A stretch of DNA of 64,000 bases from an uncultured Gammaproteobacteria bacterium (GCA_964588165.1 CAZPMS010000002.1:15951-79950), one strand, 5' to 3'. Shown: positions 49,433-58,941, numbered from the stretch's first letter. The notes: generated by a model from the letters alone, not told the origin. Made by a program: numbers and translations.

Positions 49433-50182
49433 TTAATCAATTTTTTTAGCAACTTTGGTAACCTGCCAGGTGATTTCAAATAAATTAAGAAGAGTTTTGT
49501 AAAATTCTTCTGATTCAATAATCATGCCGAAATTTTCTTTTTCCGTGCCAATAAGAGCCACTTTGTCGTCATAAATATATGTTGTCATAGGGAAAACAAA
49601 ATCATCTGAGGCATAATGAAGCTCCCGATTTTCTTTAGTGCTGGCATTCCAGGTTTCTTCAACTTCTTTTTGTTTTGATCTTATAACTTTTAGCTTTATA
49701 CCGGCTTTAATTCTTTTATCTACATAATCATTCATAAAATCTTTGCCTGGAATTTGATATAGATCTTCCATGGAAAGAATACCTCTAAGCAGTTTATCGG
49801 ATGTTGTCAAAGTATCTTCAAAAATAGTCTTTATACCTTCGATACCTTCATAAAGACGCGCTTTTGGTAGTAATCCCTTAGTATTTAATAGGGAAGTTAG
49901 TTCTGGTAACGCTTTTTCTAATTTAATTTGTTTTGCTTTTAAAATATTTAGTAGTTTATTAGGTTTTTCCGCAATATAAATTTTACCCCTGCCTTTAGCA
50001 ATATAACTAACCAAACCCATTTTATTTAGGGTTTGTAGAATTTCATGAACGGTAGTTCGGGGGAGATTGGCTTTTTTAGCTATTTCTATAACGCTTCCTC
50101 GGCCGGTTTCTAGGGCAGCTAAGTAAACATCACCTTTGCTTTTATTTAGGCCTATTTCATTTAAAATAGTTTGAATTGACAT
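49433..50182 (-). CDS. TrmB family transcriptional regulator
   Basis: IGLNKSKGDVYLAALE...IAKKANLPRTTVHEIL HTH, YEGIEGIK, IYDDKVA. Confidence 0.88.
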   Translation of the reverse strand: MSIQTILNEIGLNKSKGDVYLAALETGRGSVIEIAKKANLPRTTVHEILQTLNKMGLVSYIAKGRGKIYIAEKPNKLLNILKAKQIKLEKALPELTSLLNTKGLLPKARLYEGIEGIKTIFEDTLTTSDKLLRGILSMEDLYQIPGKDFMNDYVDKRIKAGIKLKVIRSKQKEVEETWNASTKENRELHYASDDFVFPMTTYIYDDKVALIGTEKENFGMIIESEEFYKTLLNLFEITWQVTKVAKKID

Positions 50183-50369
50183 ATTTTTAAATTTAATGAC
50201 GATTATTTTTGACAACATTAATATTATATATTATTGGCTAATTTTAGTCAAATTAAATTTATTATTGCTAAATATTGATAACTATAGTCGGAATATATTG
50301 ACATAAATTAATATTTAATTTACAATAACTTGATTTGTACATTGGAAAACTTTCAAAAAGGAGGATAAT

Positions 50370-50855
50370 ATGAGCAATAAGGCTCAGTTTGATTCTAATT
50401 CTTTAGTGCAGTTTGAATTCAGCCGTCAAGTTGAGGTAGACCGAAGTCGTGATCCCTGGTTCATTATTGATCGTTTAGACATGGACGTGTCTGTTGAACA
50501 TTTTGATGACTGTGCGGACCAAAATGATCTTGTTTTATCTATGAAACGTAATAAAGAAAATAGCGTAGAAGTTTTTTACTTCAGTTTAGATCGTTTTGTT
50601 TCCGGAAATGAACTGGAGCAGGAATATAAAAATCGCGGCCTTATTTCGGATCCCTATGCTCATATCCAAGCCGTCATTGATGATCCTAACTTCTTCAGTA
50701 GGCTTCTAACTGCTTCGCAGTGGCGTGACCCTAAAGGCAAGTTATGTCGCTGCACTATCACTCCTAGACATGACATGCCTGGATTTAAATTATGTATAAA
50801 TACATATAATACTGGCTGGCTTTGGACTTTTTTATTTGCTGGCATCCGTCCTTAG
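50370..50855 (+). CDS. Hypothetical protein
   Basis: GAGG SD, own TTGACA promoter. VEVFYF...LEQEYKNRGL...DP...W...FAGIRP. Confidence 0.7.
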   Translation: MSNKAQFDSNSLVQFEFSRQVEVDRSRDPWFIIDRLDMDVSVEHFDDCADQNDLVLSMKRNKENSVEVFYFSLDRFVSGNELEQEYKNRGLISDPYAHIQAVIDDPNFFSRLLTASQWRDPKGKLCRCTITPRHDMPGFKLCINTYNTGWLWTFLFAGIRP

Positions 50856-50986
50856 GATCGAGTCTAACCCCCGCTTTAATTTATAGATCATCTGAAATGA
50901 AGCGGGTTTTTTTCTTTTTAGCAATGATTGACAAATTTTCAGAGACCTATAAAGTTAAATTAGAGCTATAAATTATTAATAAATTT

Positions 50987-51244
50987 ATGCCAGAAGAATT
51001 AATAGGAAAAGTTACCCACTATTTTAATAAAATCGGGGTGGCAGTGGTAAAGGCTGAAAAAGGGGAATTGGCTGTAGGTGATACCATCCACTTTAAACAT
51101 GGTGAAAGAGATTTTGAGCAACAGATCGTATCAATGCAGGTGGACAAGGAACCGGTAGAAAAAATAAAAAAGGGTGAAGAAGCAGGAATGAAAGTCGATG
51201 AACCGGTTAAAGAAGGCGATGAGGTTTACAAGGTAACGGAATAA
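50987..51244 (+). CDS. Translation elongation factor-like beta-barrel protein
   Basis: IGKVTHYFNKIGVAV...VGDTI...SMQVD...GMKVDEPVKEGDEVYK. Confidence 0.8.
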   Translation: MPEELIGKVTHYFNKIGVAVVKAEKGELAVGDTIHFKHGERDFEQQIVSMQVDKEPVEKIKKGEEAGMKVDEPVKEGDEVYKVTE

Positions 51245-51338
51245 CTTTTTCAAAAAATTTAAGAGGTCAGTTATTGGCTTAGGCCAGGCTGGCTTTTATT
51301 ATTGATTTTTAGGAATAAGACAGCTATAATACCCAAAC

Positions 51339-51764
51339 ATGAAATTACTATCAAAGCTAATTCCTTTGTTCATTATAATTCCGCTTATTGAGTTGGCACT
51401 TTTAATTCAGATTGGTAAATTGATAGGTGCTTGGCAAACAATCGGCTTAGTTATTATTACCGGAATTTTAGGGGCGGTACTGGCACAAATGGAAGGCCTT
51501 AGAACTTGGACAAATTTACAGTCAGATTTAGTGCAGGCTAAAATGCCAACGGATAGAATTATTGACGGCGTGATGATTTTAGTTGGTGGAATTTTACTTT
51601 TAACTCCAGGTGTTTTAACTGATATTTTCGGTTTTAGTTTAATACTGCCATTTACCAGACCGGCTTACCGTCATTTTTTAAAGAAGAAGTTTAAGGGAAG
51701 ATTTAATCAACCATATCAAAGAGATAACGTAAAAGTAGTTGAAATATTAGAAAATAAAAAATAA
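51339..51764 (+). CDS. fxsA: FxsA family membrane protein
   Basis: PLIELALLIQIG...GGILLLTPGVLTD. Confidence 0.88.
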   Translation: MKLLSKLIPLFIIIPLIELALLIQIGKLIGAWQTIGLVIITGILGAVLAQMEGLRTWTNLQSDLVQAKMPTDRIIDGVMILVGGILLLTPGVLTDIFGFSLILPFTRPAYRHFLKKKFKGRFNQPYQRDNVKVVEILENKK

Positions 51765-51785
51765 TTATTTATAATTTATAAATCT

Positions 51786-52358
51786 ATGATCAATAAAACA
51801 CTCCTGGCCAACATTAAGAAAAAAATGGAAACTTATCAAAAAGAACGGAACCAAATTATTGGCGATTCCCGAAGAATCCTGCAGGCTTCTAAAAAAGCTA
51901 TTTTTGCTCTGCATAGAGCAGACAAAAAATCGGCTAAGCAGTTTATGGCCGATGCGGAGAAAGGTTTAGCCCAGCTTAATAAAACCTACAACAAAGGCAA
52001 CCGCTTAAGATTTGAAGGTAGTTTTAAGGCGGCGGTAGAGGAATATGTAGAAGCTAAAATGTTTGCCACTGTTTTAGAAAAAAAGAGTTTATCTGAACTT
52101 AAAATAGAAAATATTGGTCCAGAGGAATATATTGGTGGTTTAGCTGATACAACAGGTGAATTAGTAAGGCAAGCTGTTTTACAGGCAACCAATGGAAATA
52201 CCAAAGAACTCAAACGTTATAAAGAAATAACTGAAGAAATTGTAGGTTTTCTACTTACTTTATATTTAACCGGCCACATGCGTCAGAAATTTGATGAAAC
52301 CAAACGCAATTTGAAACGCCTTGAACAAATTATATACGATATACAGATTAGAAAATAA
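51786..52358 (+). CDS. Translin/TRAX family protein
   Basis: SKKAIFALHR, EEYVEA, YIGGLADTTGELVR. Confidence 0.85.
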   Translation: MINKTLLANIKKKMETYQKERNQIIGDSRRILQASKKAIFALHRADKKSAKQFMADAEKGLAQLNKTYNKGNRLRFEGSFKAAVEEYVEAKMFATVLEKKSLSELKIENIGPEEYIGGLADTTGELVRQAVLQATNGNTKELKRYKEITEEIVGFLLTLYLTGHMRQKFDETKRNLKRLEQIIYDIQIRK

Positions 52359-52360
52359 TA

Positions 52361-52402
52361 CGCCCGCCCGCCATGGCTCCGCCGAAGGCGAGTCGGGCGG
52401 GG
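52361..52402. repeat. GC-rich palindromic element related to family A
   Basis: CGCCCG...CGCCGAAGGCGAGTCGGGCGGGG shares the GAGTCGGGC(C)GGGG end. Confidence 0.55.
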
Positions 52403-52414
52403 AGCAGATAATTT

Positions 52415-52585
52415 ATGAAGTTTCAATCAGGGATTAATATGGATATGACTAAGTCAAAACTGTCAAAATCAATAAGAAAATATATTAGAGGCGAGAAAGC
52501 TAAAATTCGCAAAACTTTTTCTAATCCCGAAGAAGCTGAAAGAAAAGTAAAAGAATTAATTCAAAAATTCATAACCAATGACTAA
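52415..52585 (+). CDS. Small basic hypothetical protein
   Basis: ...KLSKSIRKYIRGEKAKIRKTFSNPEEAERKVKEL..., overlaps the helicase start. Exact start uncertain. Confidence 0.5.
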   Translation: MKFQSGINMDMTKSKLSKSIRKYIRGEKAKIRKTFSNPEEAERKVKELIQKFITND

Positions 52586-54662
52586 AACTTTTGTTTTAAA
52601 AGACCAGGAGATTCCTAAAGATTTAAAGGTAGATTACCAGTCAGAATTAAATAAGGAACAATACCAAGTGGTAACCGGGGCCGAGGGGCCTTGTTTAGTC
52701 TTAGCCGGTGCTGGTAGTGGTAAAACCAGAACTATTGTTTATAGAGTAGCTTATCTTATAGAAAGAGGAGTAAGCCCTGAAAATATTTTATTAGTAACTT
52801 TTACCAATAAAGCAGCCAAAGAAATGTTAAAAAGGGTAGAAATGCTTTTAGGTAAATTCCCCGAAAAGTTATGGGGTGGCACTTTTCATCATATTGGTAA
52901 TCGAATTTTAAGAAAATACGCCAAGCTTTTGGGTTATCAATCCAATTTTACTATCTTAGACGAAGAAGATGCTAAAAGTTTAATAAAAGTTTGTATTAAA
53001 GAAGAGGGCGTGGATATAAAGGCACGTCGTTTTCCTTCAGCTGCTGTTTTAAAAGATGTAATAAGCTATTCAAAAAATTCTCAAACCAAACTTAAAGAAG
53101 TAATAGAAGCCAGGCATCCAAAATGGCTGGAATTGGAGCCTCAAATTAAAAATATAAGCCATCGGTATCAGCTAAAAAAGCAGGATAACAATAGCATGGA
53201 TTTTGATGATCTACTGGTTAACTGGTTAAAATTATTAAAACAAGAACCAAAAGTTAAAGAAAGGCTGGCCTCTCAATTCCAATATGTTTTAGTGGATGAA
53301 TACCAAGATACCAATTATATTCAAGCTTCCATTATTAAAGAACTATCTTCTGTCCATAAAAATATTTTGGTAGTGGGTGATGATGCCCAAAGTATCTACT
53401 CGTTTAGGGCGGCAGATATTGGTAATATTTTAAATTTCCAAAAAAACTTTCCCGGCGCCAAATTATTTAAATTAGAAACCAATTATCGTTCCACTCCAGA
53501 AATTTTAAATGTAGCTAACGAAGTTATTAAACAAAATGTGGCCCAGTACCCTAAAGTACTTCAGCCTAAATTAAAGAATTTTGTAAAACCCAGCTTGGTT
53601 CCATCTACTTCCGCCGGTCAAGAAGCTGATTTTATTAGCCAACAGATTTTGCAGTTAAGAGAAGAGGGCGTACCTTTAAAAAAGATGGCTGTTTTATTTA
53701 GAGCGGCCCACCATTCACAAGAACTGGAGTTCCAGCTAACTAAAAGAGATATCCCTTATGATTATCGGGGCGGGGTTAGGTTTTTTGAACGAGCTCATAT
53801 AAAAGATATTTTGGCTTTTTTAAAAGTGATGTCTAATCCTAAAGATGAAGTTTCTTGGATGAGAATTCTAACTTTGCAGGTAGGTATTGGTGACGTCATG
53901 GCCAGTAGAATTTATGCCAAGGTAAAAGATTTAGATTGTCCGATTGCTTGTGTTGAAGCAGATTTAACTGATGTTTTAACATCCAAGGCTCAAATTGGCT
54001 GGCAAGCGGTGGTAAATATTTTTAAAAAAGATTTAAAGATAGAAAGATTGAAAGATTTAAATGATCCGGCTGAATTTATCAGGTCATTGGCAAAATCGGA
54101 TTATCGTAATTATTTAGAGGCTAGTCATCCAAATTGGCAGGAACGTTTAGAGGATTTGGAACAGTTGGCTAAGTTTTCGGAAAATTATGAAGACACCAAT
54201 TCATTTTTAGCAGAGATAACTTTACAAGAGGCCTTTGCTGTTAGTCGAGCTGAGCTCGATGAGCGAATCCAAACAGATGTCAGCGACGATGAAAGATTAA
54301 TTTTATCAACCATTCATCAAGCTAAAGGTTTGGAGTGGGAAGTGGTTTTTGTTATCAATTTGGTAGATATGGCTTTTCCAAATCGCAGAGCCCAAACAGA
54401 AAAAGGAGGCTTAGAAGAAGAGAGAAGATTATTTTATGTGGCCGTTACCAGGGCCAAAAGGCAGTTGTTTATGTCTTATCCAATAACGGGCAGTTATTCA
54501 TCAATGTTTTTGAATACGCCCTCCCAGTTTTTGCAAGAAATTCCCGAAGAATTAATGGAAGAGATGAAATTATTAAGCAGTAGCAATTGGATAAAGAATG
54601 ATGATTTAGATGATCGAGCTAAGCTCGATGATGGCGATGTTCAATATCTGCCGGAAGTTTAA
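52578..54662 (+). CDS. UvrD/PcrA ATP-dependent helicase
   Basis: AGAGSGKT, TFTNKAA, VDEYQD, VGDDAQSIYSFR, NYRS, STIHQAKGLE, EERRLFYVAVTRA. Confidence 0.95.
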   Translation: MTKTFVLKDQEIPKDLKVDYQSELNKEQYQVVTGAEGPCLVLAGAGSGKTRTIVYRVAYLIERGVSPENILLVTFTNKAAKEMLKRVEMLLGKFPEKLWGGTFHHIGNRILRKYAKLLGYQSNFTILDEEDAKSLIKVCIKEEGVDIKARRFPSAAVLKDVISYSKNSQTKLKEVIEARHPKWLELEPQIKNISHRYQLKKQDNNSMDFDDLLVNWLKLLKQEPKVKERLASQFQYVLVDEYQDTNYIQASIIKELSSVHKNILVVGDDAQSIYSFRAADIGNILNFQKNFPGAKLFKLETNYRSTPEILNVANEVIKQNVAQYPKVLQPKLKNFVKPSLVPSTSAGQEADFISQQILQLREEGVPLKKMAVLFRAAHHSQELEFQLTKRDIPYDYRGGVRFFERAHIKDILAFLKVMSNPKDEVSWMRILTLQVGIGDVMASRIYAKVKDLDCPIACVEADLTDVLTSKAQIGWQAVVNIFKKDLKIERLKDLNDPAEFIRSLAKSDYRNYLEASHPNWQERLEDLEQLAKFSENYEDTNSFLAEITLQEAFAVSRAELDERIQTDVSDDERLILSTIHQAKGLEWEVVFVINLVDMAFPNRRAQTEKGGLEEERRLFYVAVTRAKRQLFMSYPITGSYSSMFLNTPSQFLQEIPEELMEEMKLLSSSNWIKNDDLDDRAKLDDGDVQYLPEV

Positions 54663-54704
54663 GTGCCAAACAAAATATGGTAAAATACTTTAGCAAGTGT
54701 TTTT

Positions 54705-55043
54705 ATGAAAATTTTAGGAAAAGTTATTAAAGGTAAGGGCTTAGGCTATAAAACTGCTAATTTAAAAATAGAAAGCAGGAATTTACTTAATGATTTGGCA
54801 GACGGAGTTTATTTAGCCAAAGTTTTTTATAAAGATATAAAATATCCGGCCATAGCCATTAAAGGCGTTCGGCAAGATTTAGAAGTTAGGCTTTTAGATT
54901 TTGAAGGAGATTTATACAGCCAATTTTTAGAAGTAGAGATTTTAGAAAAAATGAGGAATCTAGCAGAATTTAATGATAAAGAAAAGCTTTTTAAAAAAAT
55001 TGATGAGGACATAAAAAGGGCTAAGGAGCTTTTTCACAGATGA
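54705..55043 (+). CDS. Stand-alone riboflavin kinase domain protein
   Basis: GKVIKGKGLGYKTANL, GVY, LEVRLLDFEGDLY, KMR...F. Confidence 0.8.
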   Translation: MKILGKVIKGKGLGYKTANLKIESRNLLNDLADGVYLAKVFYKDIKYPAIAIKGVRQDLEVRLLDFEGDLYSQFLEVEILEKMRNLAEFNDKEKLFKKIDEDIKRAKELFHR

Positions 55044-55125
55044 ATCGCAGATATGCCCGCAGATAACCCACAGATATCTCGCAGATAGATTATTATTAAC
55101 TTTTATTCATTAATCATTAATATAA

Positions 55126-55902
55126 ATGGGTGATAAATTAGTTTTAGATTTAGAAACAAAAAAATCTTTTGAAGAAGTAGGCGGCGACCATAATAAAGAC
55201 AAGCTGGAAGTTTCGGTTTGTGGAATTTATTCTTATGATAAAGATCAATTCAGGTGTTTTAGAGAAGAGGAGTTTAAAGAAATGGGCGAATGGTTAAAGA
55301 ACGCTTCGTTGATAATTGGTTTTAACAGTAAATATTTTGATTTTGCGGTCCTGCAGCCTTATTATAAATTTAAGCTTTCCAAACTGCCTCATTTGGATAT
55401 TTTAGAGGAAGTCACCCACGCTCTAGGGCACAGGCTTAAACTTGAGTCCATTGCCCAGGCAACTTTAGGTGAAGGCAAATCCGGTAGCGGTTTAGATGCT
55501 CTTAAGTATTATAAAAATGGTGATTGGAATACTTTAGAAAAATATTGTTTAGACGATGTTAGAATTACCCGTGATGTTTATGAATACGGTAAAAAACATG
55601 GCCATCTGTGGTACGAAAACAGAGGCAGAAGAGAAACAATACCGGTTAGGTGGAACGGTGATCAGACAATTAAACATCAAATAGTGGATGCTTACAGAAA
55701 CGGCGAACAGGTAGAGATTGAATATTTAAAAACAGAAACCGAAGATAGAACTATAAGAAAAATTGATATTAGGACTATAAAAAATAATCAAGTTCAAGCT
55801 TATTGCCATTTAAAGCAAGCTATTAGAATTTTCAATATAGATAAGGTTATGGATGTTAAATCTGTGGGTCAAGCAGAAAATTGGCAGACAAAGTTGTTTT
55901 AG
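55126..55902 (+). CDS. RNase H-like (DEDD) exonuclease fused to a C-terminal WYL-like domain
   Basis: LDLET, GFNSKYFD, YCLDDV. Tail VEIEY...RKID...AYCHLKQAIRIFNIDKV. Confidence 0.8.
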   Translation: MGDKLVLDLETKKSFEEVGGDHNKDKLEVSVCGIYSYDKDQFRCFREEEFKEMGEWLKNASLIIGFNSKYFDFAVLQPYYKFKLSKLPHLDILEEVTHALGHRLKLESIAQATLGEGKSGSGLDALKYYKNGDWNTLEKYCLDDVRITRDVYEYGKKHGHLWYENRGRRETIPVRWNGDQTIKHQIVDAYRNGEQVEIEYLKTETEDRTIRKIDIRTIKNNQVQAYCHLKQAIRIFNIDKVMDVKSVGQAENWQTKLF

Positions 55903-55937
55903 GCTCTAGTAATCGGTAACTAGTAACTAGGGATTAT

Positions 55938-56327
55938 ATGAAAAAAATATTATTACTATTTATTATCACAGTCGTATTATCAGGTTGTGAGGTTGAAAGA
56001 CCCAAGCCGGAAATTAATCCTGCTAAATTAAATTGGGGCATGGAATCCAATATAGCTTTTAGTAAATCTCAAGAGATATATAATGAAGCTGTAAAACAAG
56101 GTTTAGATTTATCATCCGGGCCGTGCCTTTCCAATTCTCTACACGGTAACCAAGACTATCCGGAAACTATGTGGGTTTTAGATATTGCCCATAATCCCAG
56201 GCAGGATATTGATAACTTGCCAGAGAACCAATGTTCGGCTTTTAAAGAAGGCAGAGCAGTTAATTTTATTGAACTAGATGAGAATGGTAATGTCATTGCT
56301 ATTTTTTCGCCCTATTTTGATGAATAA
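55938..56327 (+). CDS. Hypothetical lipoprotein
   Basis: Lipobox LSGC. GPCLSN...WVLDIAHNPR...NQC. Confidence 0.75.
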   Translation: MKKILLLFIITVVLSGCEVERPKPEINPAKLNWGMESNIAFSKSQEIYNEAVKQGLDLSSGPCLSNSLHGNQDYPETMWVLDIAHNPRQDIDNLPENQCSAFKEGRAVNFIELDENGNVIAIFSPYFDE

Positions 56328-56389
56328 AAACTAATAATTAATGATTGATATATAATTTATTAATTTTCAATCATCATTTGTCAATTATC

Positions 56390-56701
56390 ATGATATTAAT
56401 CTATACAGTTTGTAAGAATAAAACAGAGGCAAAAAAAATTGCCAATATGTTGTTGAAGTTGAAATTAATTGCTTGCGCCAACTGGTGGCAGGTGGAATCA
56501 TGCTATAAGTGGAAAAATAAAATAATGAATGGCAATGAGGCAGTTTTGATTTTAAAAACCAGAAAAAATTATTATAAAAAAATAGAATCAGTAATAAAAA
56601 AAGTGCACAGTTATGATACTCCGTGCATTATTAAATTAAAACCGGATAAAGTAGAAGGTGATTACCAGAAGTGGCTGTTAAAAGAAACTAAAATTATATA
56701 A
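56390..56701 (+). CDS. cutA: Divalent-cation tolerance protein CutA
   Basis: EAKKIA...LIACAN...YKW...E...LKT...HSYDTPCI. Confidence 0.9.
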   Translation: MILIYTVCKNKTEAKKIANMLLKLKLIACANWWQVESCYKWKNKIMNGNEAVLILKTRKNYYKKIESVIKKVHSYDTPCIIKLKPDKVEGDYQKWLLKETKII

Positions 56702-56757
56702 AAAGAAAAACCGACTTTCAAGAAGAAAGTCGGTTGGGAATATCGTGGTGTTCTGGC

Positions 56758-57000
56758 TCATGTAAAGAAGCCATGTTCGCCCTTGCCGTGTCCTTCACAG
56801 CTGCCATCACACCTTCCAATAATGGTGGTGCCCTGTAGGATGTCAGCGTGATAAACTATGTTGCCAGTGTTATACCAGACCGCAAACTTCATAGCGGCAT
56901 GGTTAACCCCGTCACAGCCTATGGCGATCTCCTCATGAATAGCTCTGTGGCCTTCATGCCTGACCGGAATGCCGGCGCTGTTGAAGATCCGGTAACCCAT
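56758..57000 (-). CDS. Small His/Cys/Gly-rich hypothetical protein
   Basis: GGAGG SD, promoter at 57289-57317, downstream hairpin ACCGACTTTC...GAAAGTCGGT. Confidence 0.5.
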   Translation of the reverse strand: MGYRIFNSAGIPVRHEGHRAIHEEIAIGCDGVNHAAMKFAVWYNTGNIVYHADILQGTTIIGRCDGSCEGHGKGEHGFFT

Positions 57001-57288
57001 GATCCTGCCTCCTCGTTTGGCTCACTCTGGAGCCGATTCACGAAACAAACCTATTGACTTCATCCTGTCTTGCTAGTACAACCTTTAGACCAGTTTTTTA
57101 CTTTTTTTACTTTAACTAGGCTAACTTGCTTCTAGCTTTAGGTTTGCTCCATAAATATGGAGACTGGCACATCTAAGTTAATTAAAGGGTAAATGGGTTG
57201 ACTTTTTGAAGTTTTTTTTAACTTTTTACTAATGAATTTAGTACAAATAGTTAAGCACAACTAAGGCTAACAATGAACAGGATTTAGT

Positions 57289-57317
57289 ATAATAGCATAT
57301 ATTTAATATTTTGTCAA
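57289..57317 (-). promoter_or_regulatory. Sigma70-type promoter
   Basis: TTGACA-17 nt-TATTAT, 27/29 identical to the promoter at 19935-19963. Confidence 0.65.
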
Positions 57318-57365
57318 TACAAAAAACAGCTTATTTTAGGCTGTTTTTAGATTATTTAATGATTT

Positions 57366-58652
57366 TTAGTTATATTTCAAGCCAGGATATAATGGATACT
57401 TATCAGTCAGATCTTTGACTGATTTTTTGATATCATCTTTTATGGAATTGTCATTAACATTTTTTAGGGTTTTGGCAATCAAGCTTCCTATCAATTTCAT
57501 GTCGTCTTCCTTAAAACCTCTGGAAGTTAAAGCAGGCGTGCCCAATCTAATACCGGAAGGATCAAATGGGCTCCTGGTATCAAACGGAACTGTATTTTTA
57601 TTGGCTGTTATTCCAACTGCATCTAAAGCCTTTTCACCGTCTTTACCACCTACGCCTAAATTGGTTAGGTTAATTATCATTAAGTGGTTATCAGTACCGC
57701 CGGTAACTAAATTCAAGCCTTCGTTCATTAAGCTGGCAGCCAAAGCTTTAGCATTTAATACAATTTGTTTGGCATAATCTTTAAATTCCGGTTTGTTGGC
57801 CTCCTCAAGAGCTACAGCAATAGCGGCGGTGGTATGGTTATGCGGACCGCCTTGCAAACCAGGTATAATGGCTCTATCTATTAAGGTAGGAATATTTTCT
57901 TTGGTTCGTTTTACCTTTTTAGTTGGGTTAGAAACTTTACCATGGGAAAGAATCATAGCGCCCCTGGGTCCGCGCAGGGTTTTATGAGTGGTGGTAGTTA
58001 TTACATCAGCAATTTTAGTTGGCGTTGGATGTTGCCCGCCAATTATCAAACCTGCAATATGGGCAATGTCGGCCATAAAAAAGGCACCTACTTCATCAGC
58101 AATAGCCTTAAACTTTTGCCAATCAATAATTCTGGGGTAAGCAGTATAGCCGGCAATAATCATTTTTGGTTTATGTTCTTTAGCTAGAGTTCTTATTTCA
58201 TCGAAATCCAAATAACCGTTTTTATCAGCTGTGTAATTTATGGCATTATACAAAGTTCCGGAAAAGTTTACTTTTAGGCCATGGGTCATATGTCCGCCAA
58301 AAGCCAGGTTAGCGCCCATTACAGTATCGCCAACATCAAGCAGGGCATAATAAACTGCCAGGTTGGCAGGGGAGCCGGAATAAGGCTGCACATTGGCATG
58401 GTCTACGCCGAAAAGTTTTTTAGCCCTATCAATAGCCAGCTGTTCAATATCATCAACAAATTCACAACCTCCATAGTAACGTCTGCCCGGGTAGCCTTCG
58501 GAATATTTATTAGTACCTACACTGCCTAAAGCCTCAAGAACTGCAGAGGAAACAAAATTTTCTGAAGGTATCATTTCCAGACCGTTTTGGCTGCGTTCCA
58601 ATTCTTTTTGCAATAATTCAGCTATTTTTTTGTCAGTTGTAGAAAGTTTCAT
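57366..58652 (-). CDS. glyA: Serine hydroxymethyltransferase
   Basis: IPSENF, NKYSEGYPGRRYYGG, TTTHKTLRGPRG, GGTDNH, SGIRLGT. Confidence 0.98.
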   Translation of the reverse strand: MKLSTTDKKIAELLQKELERSQNGLEMIPSENFVSSAVLEALGSVGTNKYSEGYPGRRYYGGCEFVDDIEQLAIDRAKKLFGVDHANVQPYSGSPANLAVYYALLDVGDTVMGANLAFGGHMTHGLKVNFSGTLYNAINYTADKNGYLDFDEIRTLAKEHKPKMIIAGYTAYPRIIDWQKFKAIADEVGAFFMADIAHIAGLIIGGQHPTPTKIADVITTTTHKTLRGPRGAMILSHGKVSNPTKKVKRTKENIPTLIDRAIIPGLQGGPHNHTTAAIAVALEEANKPEFKDYAKQIVLNAKALAASLMNEGLNLVTGGTDNHLMIINLTNLGVGGKDGEKALDAVGITANKNTVPFDTRSPFDPSGIRLGTPALTSRGFKEDDMKLIGSLIAKTLKNVNDNSIKDDIKKSVKDLTDKYPLYPGLKYN

Positions 58653-58705
58653 AGAATTATATTTTACCCTTTACTATTTTTAAAATCAAGTTTAAAATTT
58701 TTTGT

Positions 58706-58941
58706 AAAAAAAGAGAGCCAACACTGTGTAGTGTCGGCCCAATACTTCAGTACTTCCGTCGTTGGATCCCCGTATCAGCCATTATTGTTCAACATTTGGG
58801 CTTAATACGGGATCGCACCGGCGATCGATCAGCACGTCAAAAGTGTACTCGTTTTCAAGATGGAGCGTATCAGCACAAGCATAGTCTTCCCTCCATTTGG
58901 GACGAATTTGGCGTTTAAGGAGAAGCTTTTTCTCCTATTTA
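58706..58941 (-). other. Self-contained transcription unit without a long ORF (candidate sRNA or short-peptide gene)
   Basis: TTGACA-16 nt-TATAAT at 58948-58975, stem GATCCCGTATT..AGCC/GGCT.GATACGGGGATC, terminator GCCGACAC/GTGTTGGC plus T tract. Confidence 0.45.
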
